Below, piece after piece: positions 43,201 to 59,653 of a stretch of DNA of 64,000 nucleotides; position 1 is the first letter of the stretch; each line of letters begins with the position of its first letter. Under the pieces are notes generated by a model. That model did no database searches. It saw nothing but the letters and a program-made list of their open reading frames with translations, and was not told where the DNA came from. Source of the DNA: the human T2T-CHM13v2.0 reference genome, Homo sapiens; assembly GCF_009914755.1 (NCBI RefSeq), contig NC_060932.1. The stretch is one strand, 5' to 3'. The translations under genes were made by a program, and so were the position numbers.

Positions 43201-44079
43201 GGATTGCCAAGCCCCTCTTCCAGTGTTATTGACTCTTTGCAGTGAACACCAGTTGTTCTATAGGGCTGCCCCACAACCCATAGCCCCTTAGTGCTCACTC
43301 TCTGACAGCCCCCAGTCCATGTGGTTACAGTGGAAAAAGCCATGGAAAAACATGCCATGACCTTGCCTTCTCTCCATGCCCTGCAGCTGATGAACCAGGA
43401 ACAGGATCCTAATACAACCAATCAGAAATTGGGACTAAAAGACTTCAGATAGTCTGACTGCACTATTGAGTGAATATTGGTAGTTGATGACTTACTGATA
43501 GCTACTTCCTGCCATACTGACTGGAAAACAGTGGCAGTTGATATGCTGATCTGAGAGAGGACTCCCTGGTAGAGTGGACTGGTTCTCTATTGTAGTCTGT
43601 GCTCAAGGGTCAGCTGTAGCCCTACCCTTGGAAGCTGTGATTCCATTTTCAACAATGGAATCAATTCTTATTTTTCTTAAACAAAGTGAAATAGGTTTTT
43701 AAGGCCTGTGTCCAACAAATATTAACTTAAAACCTCACCAAATACAACTTAAAGCATTTTTTTTTCTTTTTTCTATTTCTTGGTTACCACAAACCTTAAT
43801 TTAAAATTCTGTTGATCAGACTGGGTCCAAATAAACAAATGGTTTTTTGAATCATTTTTATCCATTATCGAGTGTGATTTATTGACTTAAATCCTCAAAT
43901 TATCCTCTGCAACACCATCTTGAGAAACAGTTGTGAAATTTCTGATTATAAAGCTTTTTCCCAGGGGCTAGCATTTGGTCAAAAAAAAAGGTTTGAAAAC
44001 ACAACTTAAACCTAAAATTATTTTAGGTCTATAAGTTAAAAAAATTTTAGGTCTATAAGTTTAAAAAAATAAAGGGTGG

Positions 44080-44390
<311 letters not shown>

Positions 44391-44658
44391 TAAAGGGTGT
44401 AACTTGAATGAGAGAAAGAAAAATAATTTGTCATTAACTAGACAGAATTTTTTAAAAATATTTTTCCCTGTTAGAGAGTATTTCCCTATCTTCTAGAACA
44501 GTGGAACACACAAGTGATTTTCAGTAGAAGACCCAACATTGAGTCTGAGAAATCATGGTCCAAGAATTTAACCTCCCTTCTGTGAGCTCTTGGCCTTGGC
44601 TTTGTCTCAGCTATCAATACATGAAGACGTGGAGATTTTCAATTAGAAATAGTTTGGT

Positions 44659-44951
44659 GGCTGGGCGCGGTGGCTCACGCCTGTAATCCCAGCACTTTGG
44701 GAGGCGGAGGTGGGTGGATCATGAGGTCAGGAGTTCAAGACCAGCCTGGCCAAGATGGTGAAACTCCATCTCTACTAAAAATACAAAAATTAGCCAGGGG
44801 TGATGGTGGGTGCCTGTAATCCCAGCTACTTGGGAGGCTGAGGCAGGGAATTGCTTGAACCCGCAAAGTGGAGGTTGCAGTGAGCCAAGATTGCACCACT
44901 GCACTCCAACCTGGGGGACAGAATGAGACTCCATCTCAAAAAAAAAAAAAA
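44659..44951 (+). mobile_element. Alu (AluSg/Sc-like)
   Basis: Full dimer; TSD AAATAGTTTGGT. Confidence 0.97.
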
Positions 44952-47900
44952 GAAAATAGTTTGGTTACCATTTATTTACCTCTGTAACTCAACTAAAAGA
45001 TAAACTTCAGGCCTTTCAGGAGCTTCTGGAAGCTCGCATTCTTATACAAAATTATGACTCCATTATAATAGACTCTACTAGGACACCCAGAATGGGCACT
45101 ACCTACTCCATTCACATCTCCACTCTCTCTTTTCCAACAGAGATTCAGTTTCATACTATTGTATTCCGCCTTAACCCTCTTTATCGACTCCGCTCTACGT
45201 TTTCTGGGGCCCATCATCACTTCTGCCAATTTTTCTCTTTCATTTTTTTTCAAAATTTATTTTTTTCTCTTCTCTCATTCAAGCTGCACCCCCCACCTTT
45301 TTTTTTTTTTTAACTTACAGAAATTCCTTCAGTTGGCCAACTCAAAATTACTCCTAGCAAGAAACAGAGTGTACAAGGACTCAGGTATTTTCCCTCATGG
45401 TCCAGTGAGTCTTCCTTGTGTTCCATGGCATCATATACCTGCCTGGTCATCTATCATCATTGCTTTTCCTTCTCAGATTCTAAAGCCATTTGATAGTCTT
45501 CCATGCCCTACATTGACAGAGACTGGAGGAAAATCATTTTCTTCAGTAGAAAACATTTAGTTGCATGTAAATCTGGCTGCAAAAAAAGGCAAATATAGTG
45601 GGTCTTGCTAAATAATGGTTAAAATTGGATTGTTTCCATAGGCATTAGGTGGAATCAGTAATTACCTCTCAAGAGCCGTATCCTGGAACGTTGTTTTTTT
45701 TATTATTTCCTTTCATTTCTTTCCATACTAACAGTGACTGCAAATGCCTCTAGATCTGGCTGTGACTCCTCCTAATATAACCAGTTGTTACAAAGCAAAA
45801 TCATTAGCATGATGAAAAATTAATTAGAAAAGTCTGTTGCAATTTATAAATATGCATTTGTGGTTAAATAAATCCGAAGTTTTGAATTTGGCTTGGTGCC
45901 CTTAGGGTGGATATTTTGCATGCTTGTAGTGTACCGAACAAGAAACCTAATCAGATTGGTTCTGCCATAAATGGAAGCCATTTATTTGGCCCTAATTGGG
46001 ATCTGAAAAGTTATTAAAGCATATTTTTGGAGTTTGTTCAAATTAATTACTGTGAAGCCAATGGATTTATAGGCAAGCTATTTTCTCAAAACATTTTTTT
46101 CTGAACCAGCTGTACCTTGTTCTAACAAATGAAAATTATAGGAATAGAGCAAATATAATGAGCTATCACAGATGGAAAGAGAAGTGGAGTGACCTAGGTT
46201 TAAGGCAGAGGTTTGGGAGGCTGTAAAATAAAACAGGTGTTTTTGTATTCATGCTCTCAGGGCCCAATTCAGTAATCTTTCTACTGTATTTCCACTAGAA
46301 GAAACAAAACACATTTACTGCAAAGAGGAGGGAGCACCTTGCTATTCAGTTGATTTTGAAGAAACATAGCTTTATGTTCTAAATCTAGAGTTGTCCTTAC
46401 TATATAATAGCAGGCAAGTAAAAGTAGCTTTAATTTCTTAAGCCTCTGATTTATATGGCTGGGTGAGCTAGGATACTCTACATCCAGGTTAAGAGATTCA
46501 GGATAGAATTAACTTGTAGAAAACTAGAGTTTGATTAAGTGATGATTTATAATTTTTAGTGAGAGAGGAGTCTATGTATTTATAGTCCTTATTCTTTCTC
46601 TAAATTCTGTATATTATCTATCTGGGTTGGAATTACAATTTGTAACAAATGACATTCATGATTATCTTAATAATTTTTCTATTTTAATTGAAGGCACCTA
46701 TTAGCATATGACATTGAGGTCATCTTTAATCCAGGTGATGACCACTATAGAACTCCTGGCTCCCTAAACTCAGTGACTACAGCCTTGATGCTACCGGTGG
46801 CAACTGCTTGATTCATAGAATCATATTAGGAGTCAATATCAAATGATCAATTCTTCTTTCGTGGGAATGGTGGACTTCTAAGGAGATGTAAGCATTATCA
46901 TATCCATTAGCTCTATACACATTGGCATTGTAGATGATATTCTGCATCTAGTAGTCTAAGAAGTAACAAGATGTGTGCACTTTATACATGTTTCCCAGAA
47001 TTCATCCAAATAAATTTTGTGAAATAGATGAATTTTCAGAGTTATTTTTGTACAAGGATCAGCAAACGTTTCTCATCACCTTCTGATTTCTGTTGTCCTC
47101 CTCCATTCTCTCTCCCTGGTATTGTTCCCCTTACAATGTAAGTTTCTCTCTGGGGTGATTTCAATAGCTGTCAGCCTTTTCTTACGCACAACCAATCATG
47201 TTTCCAATTATGCCCTCTCCAACTTATTGAAATAAAAAGGAAATAAAATTAGACAAGAAAGCATCTGTATTATAATACAAATACCACATTACAAGCTTCA
47301 AAAGTCAGGAATGATTTTTATAAAAATACAATTTGCTTCAACTTGAAAGAGTATTTGTGAGTGATATGTAACTCAACCAATAATTACTCAATTAAGGAAT
47401 AAATAAGTAGGTGTAAACCCACTTTACTGAAGTATGTTGCACTCTACTGTTTGAGAAAGCCTTGAGAGCACATCTCAGACATTTTGTCTTTGAAGAGTGA
47501 GGTCTGAAGGTACAGGCGGTTTCCTAAAAACAGGAAAAAAAGAAAAAAAGATGGCGATGTCCCAGCTGAAGTCCATTTCCCTAAACAGAAGCTATTATTG
47601 GTGCCTTACCCCTAATTTCACTTCCAACAAAGGATATGAAATATCCAAAGGAAAATGTGGGTGATGGGAGAATGAGAAAACACTCTGCTAAGAGTTATTT
47701 TTGAAGCTTCAAACAGAAGGCCACAGTCAGGAGCAAACTCATACAATAATTCACCAAGTACTCCAACCTTGCATTGCATAAGAAAGGCTGGACCTCTGAG
47801 AATCTGGAATAAACAGATACTTGAGTGGAATTCCGCTTGGAGCCTGCAATAGAAGAGAGCATTGAGGCTGACTGTGGCATTTCCTGCAGACTCATGGATG

Positions 47901-48224
47901 AGATTAAAGTGATTTTAATAAGCTCCCAGAAAGTAGGTCCTGGTAAAAGCAAATGTAAATTCTATCTGGAAAAAAATGTCCCAAATGCAGCCCCTTGGAA
48001 CTTCTACAGATTAAATTTTTAAAAGTATGATTTTATAAACAAAAATTACAAAATATGCAAGAAAATTGTTAGCAGAAACAAAAGCAATATAAAAACTCTC
48101 TACCCACTGCACCCACTCAATGATTTCAGATACTGGAAATAAGAGATGCAGAATGCAAAATAACTTATGAGATCTTTGAAGAAATAAATGACTATTAAAA
48201 ACTAGCAAGGAGCAAGTCACTATC

Positions 48225-49212
48225 TGTTATAGGCTGACTGTATTCCTCCTCAGAAAATTTCATATTCAGGAGTCCTAATCCCCAGTACATCAGCATGTGA
48301 CCTTCTTTGGAAATAGGGTTGTTGCAGGTGTAATTAGTTAAGATGAGGTAATACTGGAATAATGTGAGGCTGTGATGGTTAATTTTATGTGTCAATTTGA
48401 CCGGGCCACAGGGTGCCCAGATATTTAATTAAACATTATCCTGCATGTGTCTGTGAGGGTGTTCCCAGATGAGATTAACTTTTGAATTAGGAGACTAAGC
48501 AAAACAGATTGCCCTACCCAATGAAGGTGGGCCTTATCCAATCTGTTGAAGACTTGAATAGAATTAGGAAGAATATGCTCCCTTTGCATGGCTGTCTTTG
48601 AGCTGGGACACTGGTCTACTTCTGCCTTAGGACTCAGAGTAGAATCTTACACTATCAGCTCTCCTGTTCTAAGGTCTTCTATCTAGGACTAGAACTGTAT
48701 TGTTAGCTCTGTGGGGTCTCCTGCTTGCCAACTGCAGATCTTGGGGAGTCTCAGCCTCATATCCATCTGAGACAATTACACACACACACATAAACACATG
48801 CACATATGCACACACACACACATAAACACATGCACATATGCACATACGCACACACACATGTTCTATTGGTTCTGATTCTCTGGAGAACCTAGACTAATAT
48901 GCAGCAATTAATCCAATTTGACTGCTGTTGTTATAAAAAGTGGGAATTTAGAAATAGACATACGTGCACAAAAAACACTGTGTGAACATGAAGGCAGAGA
49001 CTGGGGTGATGCATACGCAGGTGAAGAGATCCCAAAGATGACCAGAAAACCACTAGAAGGTAGGAAAAGAGGCATAAAGCAAATGTTCCCCCAGGGCCTC
49101 AGAAGGGACCAAACCTGCCAAAATCTAGAACTTGCCATCCTCCCCTCAACCACTGTGAGGCAATAAATTTCTATTTGGTGACACTGTTACAGCATCATGA
49201 GCACAGGAATCC
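48225..49212 (+). mobile_element. MLT1B-like LTR (split by MLT2)
   Basis: TGTGACCTTCTTTGGAAATAGGGT...TAATTAGTTAAGATGAGGT; 3' half GAAGGCAGAGACTGGGGTGATGC...AATAAATTTCT. Confidence 0.85.
48371..48902 (+). mobile_element. MLT2 (ERVL) LTR with internal (CA)n
   Basis: TGTGATGGTTAATTTTATGTGTCAA...CTATTGGTTCTGATTCTCTGGAGAACCTAGACTAATA. Confidence 0.9.
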
Positions 49213-51114
49213 ACTATCCAAGCAACAGGAAATTTATTTTAAAATAAATAAATGTAACTTTGGGGAATAGTAATGGAATTGTTCAGATTTAAAACACAGC
49301 AAATAGAGTATCAGCCAGGGTTATGTGCATGAGTTAGAAACCAACACTTTTAGGAGCAGACAGGAAGGATTTAATTCGAGAGAATCGGTTGATTGTTGAA
49401 TCATTTTTGTTTCCTGAAACGGCTCCCAAACCACTCCGCACTGAGCGACCACCATTAGTGCTAAGCCAGAATCAATACATTACTTCCATGGCCACCACGA
49501 TACACGCTGCTCATTTTCAGAACGCCAGAGAATGAAGAAAGCTCTGATGTAAGGATGAAGGTGGCAGATCAGGAAGACAGATCCACTATTACTACCATTG
49601 CCACTGAGTGTCAGGACGGAGGGAGCTGGAGAGGGGACAATGCCATGTCACAGGTGATCCTTGCATTCCTGGGACCCTACTAGCCTGCAGCAATAACCAG
49701 GTCCCCACCTCAATTCTACATTTCAAATCTCATGCAAAAACATCTAGGACCCTAGTTTTAATAGAGTCTTTAAAATATAGTCATTTCCTATTTTAAGGTT
49801 CCTACCCAGAAAATAGCTTGAATGTGAAATGAGTGAGTCAACCCAGCGTACGCAGCGGAGGGAGGCTGAGGAATGGGTTAAGCACAGGAGAAGGCAGAAC
49901 TAGTGTGCAGAACAGAACACAGACTGAAGAAGAGCTCAGAATGCTTATTGATTTGAGGAGATGGGAAATATAAACAGATTTAAGGATGTTGAGAGGAGAA
50001 TATGAGTATCTAAGTTTATATCTATTTGCATGCTAGAAGCAGGGAGAACAGAAAATGTGTATTATTTAAAGTTATAATTTCTGATAATTGTTAAATCCTG
50101 TGAGAAACATGAATCACAAATATAAGAAACACAGGCATGCAAAGCAGGATAAATAAAAAGAAATTCAACCCCGGACACATTGTCTTGAAATAGCTGAATA
50201 CCAAAAACATAATGACAACCTTACAAGCAGCCAGAGAGAAAAGTCGTACCATTTATTAAAGGATGATAATTAGACAAGAGTAATGTCCCAAAAACAAAAA
50301 CAAAAAAAATCATGAAACAATATTGTCAAAGAACTAAGATAAAATAACTACCAGTGAAGAATTGGGTATTCACAAAACTCAGTCTCAAGAATAAACACGC
50401 TTTCAAATACACAAACAAAAATCAGAATGTATAACCTTAATAGAGTTATTTATTTCAGGAAATAGTAGAGTATTTATTTCAGATTTATTTGTTTATTTCG
50501 ATTTTATAATAGAGCATTTCTTTTGGAAAAATAAAACAACTACAGAAGGAAGATCTTAAAACAATAAGGATAAACAATCCGAAAAGTGTATAAACATGAG
50601 TAAATACAAACAGACAGTGCCTGAAGAAAATAATCATAATAATAATCATAATATTGTCAAATCTGTGGTTTATAAAATAAGTCAAAACAAAAACTTTGAA
50701 AACAATCATTTGTAAATCATAAGAGTAATAAAATCCTATCTTGTTAGGAAGAGTGAGTAAGCAAGATAAATTACCCAGTGTAAAAATCCAATGGCAACAA
50801 TTGAAAGAATATAAATGAAGAGTATAAAATAAAGTCCAGTAGAATAAAGTGAGATAAACAAAATTTAAAAAAATAGAGTAAAAGTAATTAGTTCAAAAGA
50901 AGGAAAGTAAAGGTAGGGGACAATGAAGCTTAACAAAAAGTGGAAGATTATAATAAATTAAAAATTCCTAAAATAAGTCCAATATTCTAAGTAATATAAA
51001 TAGACCAAACTATTTATTTAAAATACATTAAAATGAGATTTTTAAACGACAGCTATGTTCTTTTTGTAAGAGATCTAACACAGACATATTGAAATTAAAA
51101 ATATGGAAAAAGGT

Positions 51115-51476
<362 letters not shown>

Positions 51477-51682
51477 TTAAATGTCATGTAAATTAGTCTT
51501 TAAGAGCAAAAGAACTGTTTACAGATGGTTAAATACTTTCCATACTTTACAGATGGTTAAATACAGATGGTTAAATACTTTCATACCTAAAGCTTCTATG
51601 AAAATAGCTTCAAAGTATATAGAGAATAGAAATTGACAAAATTAAGAAATCTCCATCATTGTGGGAAATTTTAACATATCTT

Positions 51683-52718
<1,036 letters not shown>

Positions 52719-52999
52719 TCTCAATTATTTACTGTGTCAAGCAAACAAATAAGTTAATGAAGACTGATAAAATTTGAATCATACACTAACAAAGGCTAAT
52801 CACAGAACCCTGACCTAACCATTTGAGATTTAAAAAAATTATTCTCAGGTACATATGAAATTTAAAACAAAACAAAACAAAATCTTACCACATTCTAAAC
52901 AAAGCAAGTTTCAACAAACTTTAAGTAATCGGTGTGTACAAAGTTTTTGGGACATGATGCATTTATATGAAAAACCATATGGTTTCAAAAACATCGTTA

Positions 53000-53410
53000 A
53001 GTGCTCATACCTCTTTGTGCTCGTGCCCTTTGATAGCACCTACTGCACTGACTTTGGACTTGGTCTCATGACTTACAGCAAACTTGAAAACGTGATTGTG
53101 CATGTCTACTTCCTCTCACGCTTCCTGTCTTGTGGACCCAAAACACTGATTGAGAACAAGCCTAGGGTAGCATGCAGGGGGCCTGTGGAAGGTGACAGGA
53201 ATAATCAAAATTATCATAGACTAGCTTATAGTCAGCAGGTGTACAAGTATATGATCCCACCCAGCCAGAATTAGCAAAGGTGCATATTTAACCCACACAA
53301 AGCACACACACGAGTCACACCAGACAACATTGGTCAAACTGCTTATACTATCCATGGACATGTAAGCAATAATAAATTGTTATAATAAACCATTTGGCTT
53401 GGAGGGTCCT
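53000..53410 (+). mobile_element. Old MLT1 (E/F-like) LTR remnant
   Basis: GACTTTGGACTTGGTCTCATGACTT...GAGAACAAGCCTAGG...AATAATAAATTGTT...AAACCATT. Confidence 0.5.
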
Positions 53411-54123
53411 TAGTGTCTGATATTATAAATAATGTGGGTATATTATATTCCTAGATGTAAAATTTTAGAATAAAACATTAAATATATTCAAAACTAGGTA
53501 TTATCAAGTCACTTTACATCTCCAACAGGTTATAAGAGAAACATTTACCTTACAATCTCAATCTTGTGAATACAAGAAAGTGATGTTATATCTCATGTTG
53601 TTATCCTTCTCATTTAAAGTACAATTATTTAATTATATATAGAATGTATCCTAAAGGAGCTAAAAATTAGTAAATAGAAAATAAAAATTTTAATTGTGTA
53701 ATATATTATCACTGATGTGTCTATCAATAGCCTTAGCAGTTAATCCAGTGGTGTCTGGTGTCACTCATGTGTCTGTGCTTTGTGTGTGTTACATAAGCAT
53801 CTTTACTGATTCTGGCTGGGTGAAATCATGTATTTGGACACCCACTGGTTCTCTATATATACACCTGATATTTATGGATATTTACAAAATACCAGCCACG
53901 TGCCACACCCCTGGACACAAGCTCGTTCATTGAGCTCAGGGGTTCCACACGGATGGTAGAGCTGATGAAAGCAGGCCTGTCTTTGGGGTTTCAGAGAGAT
54001 TAAGTGCCAGCCTCTATGCAGCTTGAGTAATTTACTTAATAGATGCACCTGCTTCTGCCAGCTGTAAAACATTTGGTAAGATGACCTGAGGCTCATTCCA
54101 CCTGCTTCATGTCACATGAATGA

Positions 54124-54645
<522 letters not shown>

Positions 54646-55782
54646 TAATAATGGAAGGGTGCCACCATGTATGACCCTCTCACAAGGGAGACAGCTCAAC
54701 ACAATGCTCTAAAGCAAACCCAAAAATGCACAAAGCAAAAATTAGGTTTACATCTGGGTGCAAAAATGCAGTTCCATTGAATTTATAGTGAATCAACACA
54801 AATTATAGAATATTTACTTTATACCAGGTTCTAGGCCCAGAACTGGGGATCCAAGGGTAAATATGAAAGAACACCTGCCTTTGAAGAGACAACAGGATAA
54901 AGTCCTCATGAAAATGAAGAGAGAGAAGCTTCATGATGTGGGCTATCTAAGGATTTATGAAAGCAGCAGGAAGATAGGGAAAAACTAACCCAGTATGTGA
55001 AGTGAGAGTGGGTAGAAGGGAAAGTGGGGTACCTTTCAAAGAAGACTTTCTTGAAGCAGGATAATATAGCAACAATAATGTAACTGCAGCCTTAAGCTGT
55101 CTGGGCTTTAGTCTCATGTATATACATTAGAGACTCTGGGATGCAAATTTATTTCAAATAAGGATGTTATAAAAATTAAATGAGATACCCGCTGTCTGGC
55201 ATTTAGTAACTGCTCAATGTATATTATTTTTTACCATTTTTCTAGTCATAGCCAGCATTCATTGAGAACTTAATGTGAGTTAGGCAATTAGTCACGTAAT
55301 TTATTTTACTAAAAACAAACAAGCCTCCTTGATGAATTGTCACCATAACCCCTCTACCCTATGAGAACTGTAATTATTACCATTTTATGTTGGAGGAAAT
55401 TATGACACAGTGTGGCTAGGTAGGGCCAAGTTCTTGAAGCTCATAAGTAGCAGACAGAACCAGTCTGACTGCTAAGTTTCATTCTTAACAAATATACTCT
55501 ACAGCCATGATAATAAAAAGAAGAACAAGAACAACAGAGGACAGTTGCATCTTGCTTAGTGTGTGGCAAACACTGTTCTATCTTCTAACTTATATCTCAC
55601 TTAATTTTCCTAATAATCTGGTGAAGTCAGTGTTATTATCTCCATTTAGTAGATGAGGAAAATGAGACATCCAGAGTTACATAGCTTGCTCAAAGTCTGG
55701 TAGATAGTAGATGGCAGAGCCAAATGTGGACTCACACAGGCTGGGTCTAGATTCCGTAAGCTTAACCAAACTTCTAGGTCAG

Positions 55783-58013
55783 TGACATGCTTTGGCTCTG
55801 TGTCCACACCCAAATCTCATCTTGTAGCTCCCATAATTCCCACGCATTGTGGGAGGGACCTAGTGGACAATGACTGAATTATGGGGGTGGGTCTTGTTCT
55901 CCTGATAGTGAATGGGGCTCACAAGATCTGATGGTTTTAAAGTGGGAGTTGCCCTGCACAAACTTTTTTTGTGCCTGCTGCCATCCATGTAAGATGTGAC
56001 TTACTCCTCCTTGCCTTCTGCCATGATTGTGAGGCCTCCCAGCCGTGTGGAATTGTAAGTCCATTAACCCTCTTTTTCTTCCCAGTCTAGGTTATGTCTT
56101 TATCAGCAACATGAAAACAGGCTAATACAGTAAGTTGGTACTGGGAGTGGGGCACTGCTGTAGATACCTGAAAATATAGAAGAGACTTTGGAACTGGGTA
56201 ACATGAAGGGGTTGCAACAGTTTGGAGAGCTCAGAAGAAAACAGGAAAATGTGGGAAAGTTTGGAACTTCCTAGAGACTTGTTGAATGGCTTTGCTCAAA
56301 GTGCTGATAGAGATGTAAACAATAAAGTCCCAGCTGAGGTGGTCTCAGAGTGAAATGAGGAAATTTTTAGGAACTGGGGCAAAGTGACTGTTGTTATGTT
56401 TTAGCAGAGACTGGTGGCATTTTACCCCTGCAGTAGAAATCTGTGAAACTTTGAAGTAAAGAGAGATGATTTAGAGTATCTGGTAGAAGAAATTTCTAAG
56501 CAGCAAAGCCTTCACAGTATGACTTGGATGCTGTTACAGGCATTCAGTTTTATAAGGGAAGCGGAGTATAAAAGTTTAGAAAATGTACAGCCTGACAATG
56601 CCATAGAAAAGAAAATCCCATTTTCTCAGGAGAAACACAAGCTGGCTGCAGAAATTTGCATAAGTAATGAGGAGCTGAATGTTAATCACCAAGACAATGA
56701 GGAAAATGACTCCAGGGCATGTCAGAGACCTTTGCAGCAGCCCCTCCCATCACAGGCCCAGAGGCTTAGGAGGAAAAACTGGTTTCGTGGGCTGGGCCCA
56801 GGGTGTCCATGCTGTGTGCAGCCTACGGATGTGGTGCCCTGCGTCCCAGCCACTCCAGCTGTGGCTGCAAGGGGCCAACATAGAGCTTGGGCCGTGGCTT
56901 CAGAGAGTACAAGCCTCTAGCCTTGGCAGTTTCCATGTGGTGTTGAGCCTGTGAGTGCACAGAAGTATTGAGATTTGGGAACCTCTGCCTAGATTTCAGA
57001 AGATGTATGGAAATGCCTGGATGCCCAAGCAGAAGTTTGCTGTAGGGTTGGGGTCCTCATGGAGAACCTCTGCTAGGGCAATGCAGAAAGGAAATGTGGG
57101 GTGGGAGCTCCACCATCCTCCAGATCCCAGAATGATACACCCACTGACAGCTTGCACTGTGCACAGACACTCAATGCCAGACTGTGAAGGCAGCTGCGAG
57201 GAAGGCTGTACCCTGAAAAGCCACAGGGTCGAAGCTGCCCAAGACTATAGTAACCTACCTCTTGTATCAGTGTGACCTGGATGTGAGACATGGAGTCAAA
57301 GGAGATCATTTTGGAGCTTTAAGATTTGACTGCCCTGCTGGATTTCACACTTCCATGGGGCCAGTAGCCCCTTTGATTTGACCAGTTTATCCCACTTGGA
57401 ATGGCTGTATTTACCCAATGCCTGTACTCCCATTGTATATAGGAAGTAACTAACTAACTTGCTTTTGATTTTATGGGCTCACAAATGGAAGGACTTGCCC
57501 TGTCTTAAATGAGACTTTAGACTGTGGACTTCTGAGTTAATGCTGAAATAATTTGAGACTTTTGGGCAGTGTTGGGAAGACATGATTGGTTTTGCAATGG
57601 GAAGACATGAGATTTGGGAGGGGCCCAGGGTGGAAAAATATGGCTTGGCTCTGTGTCCACACTCAAATCTCATCACTCAAATCTCATCTTGTAGCTCCCA
57701 TAATTCCCACTTGTTGTGGGAGGGACCTGGTGGAAGATCATTGAATTATGGGGGTGAGTCTTTCCTGTGATGTTCTTGCGATAGTGAATGGGTCTCACAA
57801 GATCTGATAGTTTTAGAAACGGGAGTTGCCCTGCACCAGCTCTCTTTTTTTTTTGCCTGCCACTACCCATGTAAGAAGTGACTTGCTCCTCCTTGCCTTC
57901 TGCCATGATTGTGAGGCCTCCCCAGCCATGTGGAACTGTGAGTCCCATTAAACCTCTTTTTCTTCCCAGTCTAAGGTATGTCTTTATCAGCAGTGTGAAA
58001 ATGGACTAATACA
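55783..58013 (+). mobile_element. THE1 (D-like) near full-length LTR-int-LTR
   Basis: 5' LTR 55783-56129, internal region, 3' LTR ~57637-58013; TSD GTCAG/GTCGG. Confidence 0.95.
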
Positions 58014-58448
58014 GTCGGAGTTCTCTGAGACGGAGAGTAGTGAGCAGGTGGTAAACTGGGAAGTGTTTTCAGGATCAACACCTGCAAAGGAATGAAGAAA
58101 ACAGGATCCAGCAAAAGGGAAGTTTGAACTGAAACCCGGTCACAGACCTCAGCACATCCCACCAAGAAGCTCTGGAAATGGGATCAAACTTCAAAGTTGT
58201 CGCAAGAAGAAAAGAAGATTCTGGGGTTTATTCTGTTGCATGGACTGATCAATCATTTAATATTGTATAAGCAGTCTCTAAGGACTACATAGCTGACTAA
58301 GACAGCACGTTCAGCTGAGGGCAATCCCCAGGGAAAGATTCAGCTGTAAGTGTCAACAGCCAGCACTCTCAGCACCTGGTCCTGCATCAAAGTTTGATGA
58401 CTCTCTCTGCCCAACCCTGCTCCTTCTCCTTTTCCTTCAGTTATTCCA

Positions 58449-58498
58449 CACATACACACGCACACGCACACGCACACACACACACACAAAAACACACA
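58449..58498. repeat. (CA)n/(CACG)n microsatellite
   Basis: Compound CA repeat. Confidence 0.9.
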
Positions 58499-59299
58499 AA
58501 ACCCTGTGACACTCTCAAATCTGTCTGAGCATTTGCTTCCCAGAGACTACAGCCAGCACACTCTTGCAAAGTGGAAGAGTGTCAGTGGCATCAACTTGTA
58601 ACCAAGAGGCTAGTTGGTGTCCTCAGAGGATGGTACCAGGCTGGAGTTTCAACAGTGATCTCTCCTGTGGCAGTTTTGACATCTGTTCATCCTCTTTCCC
58701 AGGGCCCTTGCAGTCTGAGAATTCTGTACCACAGAGAATGTCTTTATATAGCCAGATCCTCCCCTATCAAACCTTATCTTCTTCCCCACCTCAGTCCAGC
58801 AGCCTCAGGGTGAAGTCTCATATGTACTCTCCCAGTTCCTGTCAGCACATGTTGGATCTGTCTTGTGACTCCTCTGAAGTTTAGTCTCCTTTCCCCTCAA
58901 GAGGCCCAGCAATTTCTCAGATGAGCTATGCTATGACTCCACCATTGCTTTTGAACCTCCAGAAAGAGAGGTTCAGCTACATCCTGAGGGAGGCCCATAC
59001 TGTCATCAAGATAAGGCTTTTGCATTGCTGTCAATCAAGAAGGGAGAACTAGCTGTTCCACAGAAAGGAAGGGGTGGGCCGTGTCTACAAGAGTGTTCAT
59101 TGAAATCTATGTGTTAAATGTTTCAACGTGTTTATCTAAGTGTCAGCACCCTCAATTTCAGAGTCCTTCTTCCAATTAGGACCCTCACTTTGACCTAGTG
59201 GACTTGCTGAAATTGAGATTTAAACTGCCTTTGAAGGGCAATTACCCTTAAAATACTGTCCTAGGCATCCTCACCTTTTTTTCTCTTTGCCTTGGAGTA

Positions 59300-59653
59300 C
59301 AGTTTATTATCCCCAGTGAGAAAATCCTAAATCTAAAATGCTCTAAAACCCCAAAATTTTAGAGCACTGACATGATACCACATGGGTGGCTGAGATAGTG
59401 ACAGTTTTGCATTTTGATGGTTCAGTACACACAAACTTTGTTTTATGCACATATTTATTAAAAATCCTGTATAAATTACCTTCAGGCTATGTGTATAAGT
59501 TAGCTATGAAATATAAATACATTTTGAGTTTAGACTTTGTCCCTATCCCCAAGAGATCTCATCAAGTATATGCAAATATTCCAAAATCTGAAAAAAAAAA
59601 TCCAAAACCTGAAACACTCCTGGTCTTATTTTGGATAAGGGATATCCAACCTG
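59300..59653. mobile_element. Tigger4/MER46-like TcMar DNA transposon
   Basis: Degenerate terminal inverted repeats CAGTTTATTATCCC...GGGATATCCAACCTG; AAATGCTCTAAAA...AGCACTGACATGA. Confidence 0.8.

Noticed and set aside
44022-44069. ~24-bp tandem duplication TTTTAGGTCTATAAGTT (similar ones at 26245-26284, 51518-51586 and 57660-57688)
   Set aside because: Ordinary slippage duplications with no evident function.
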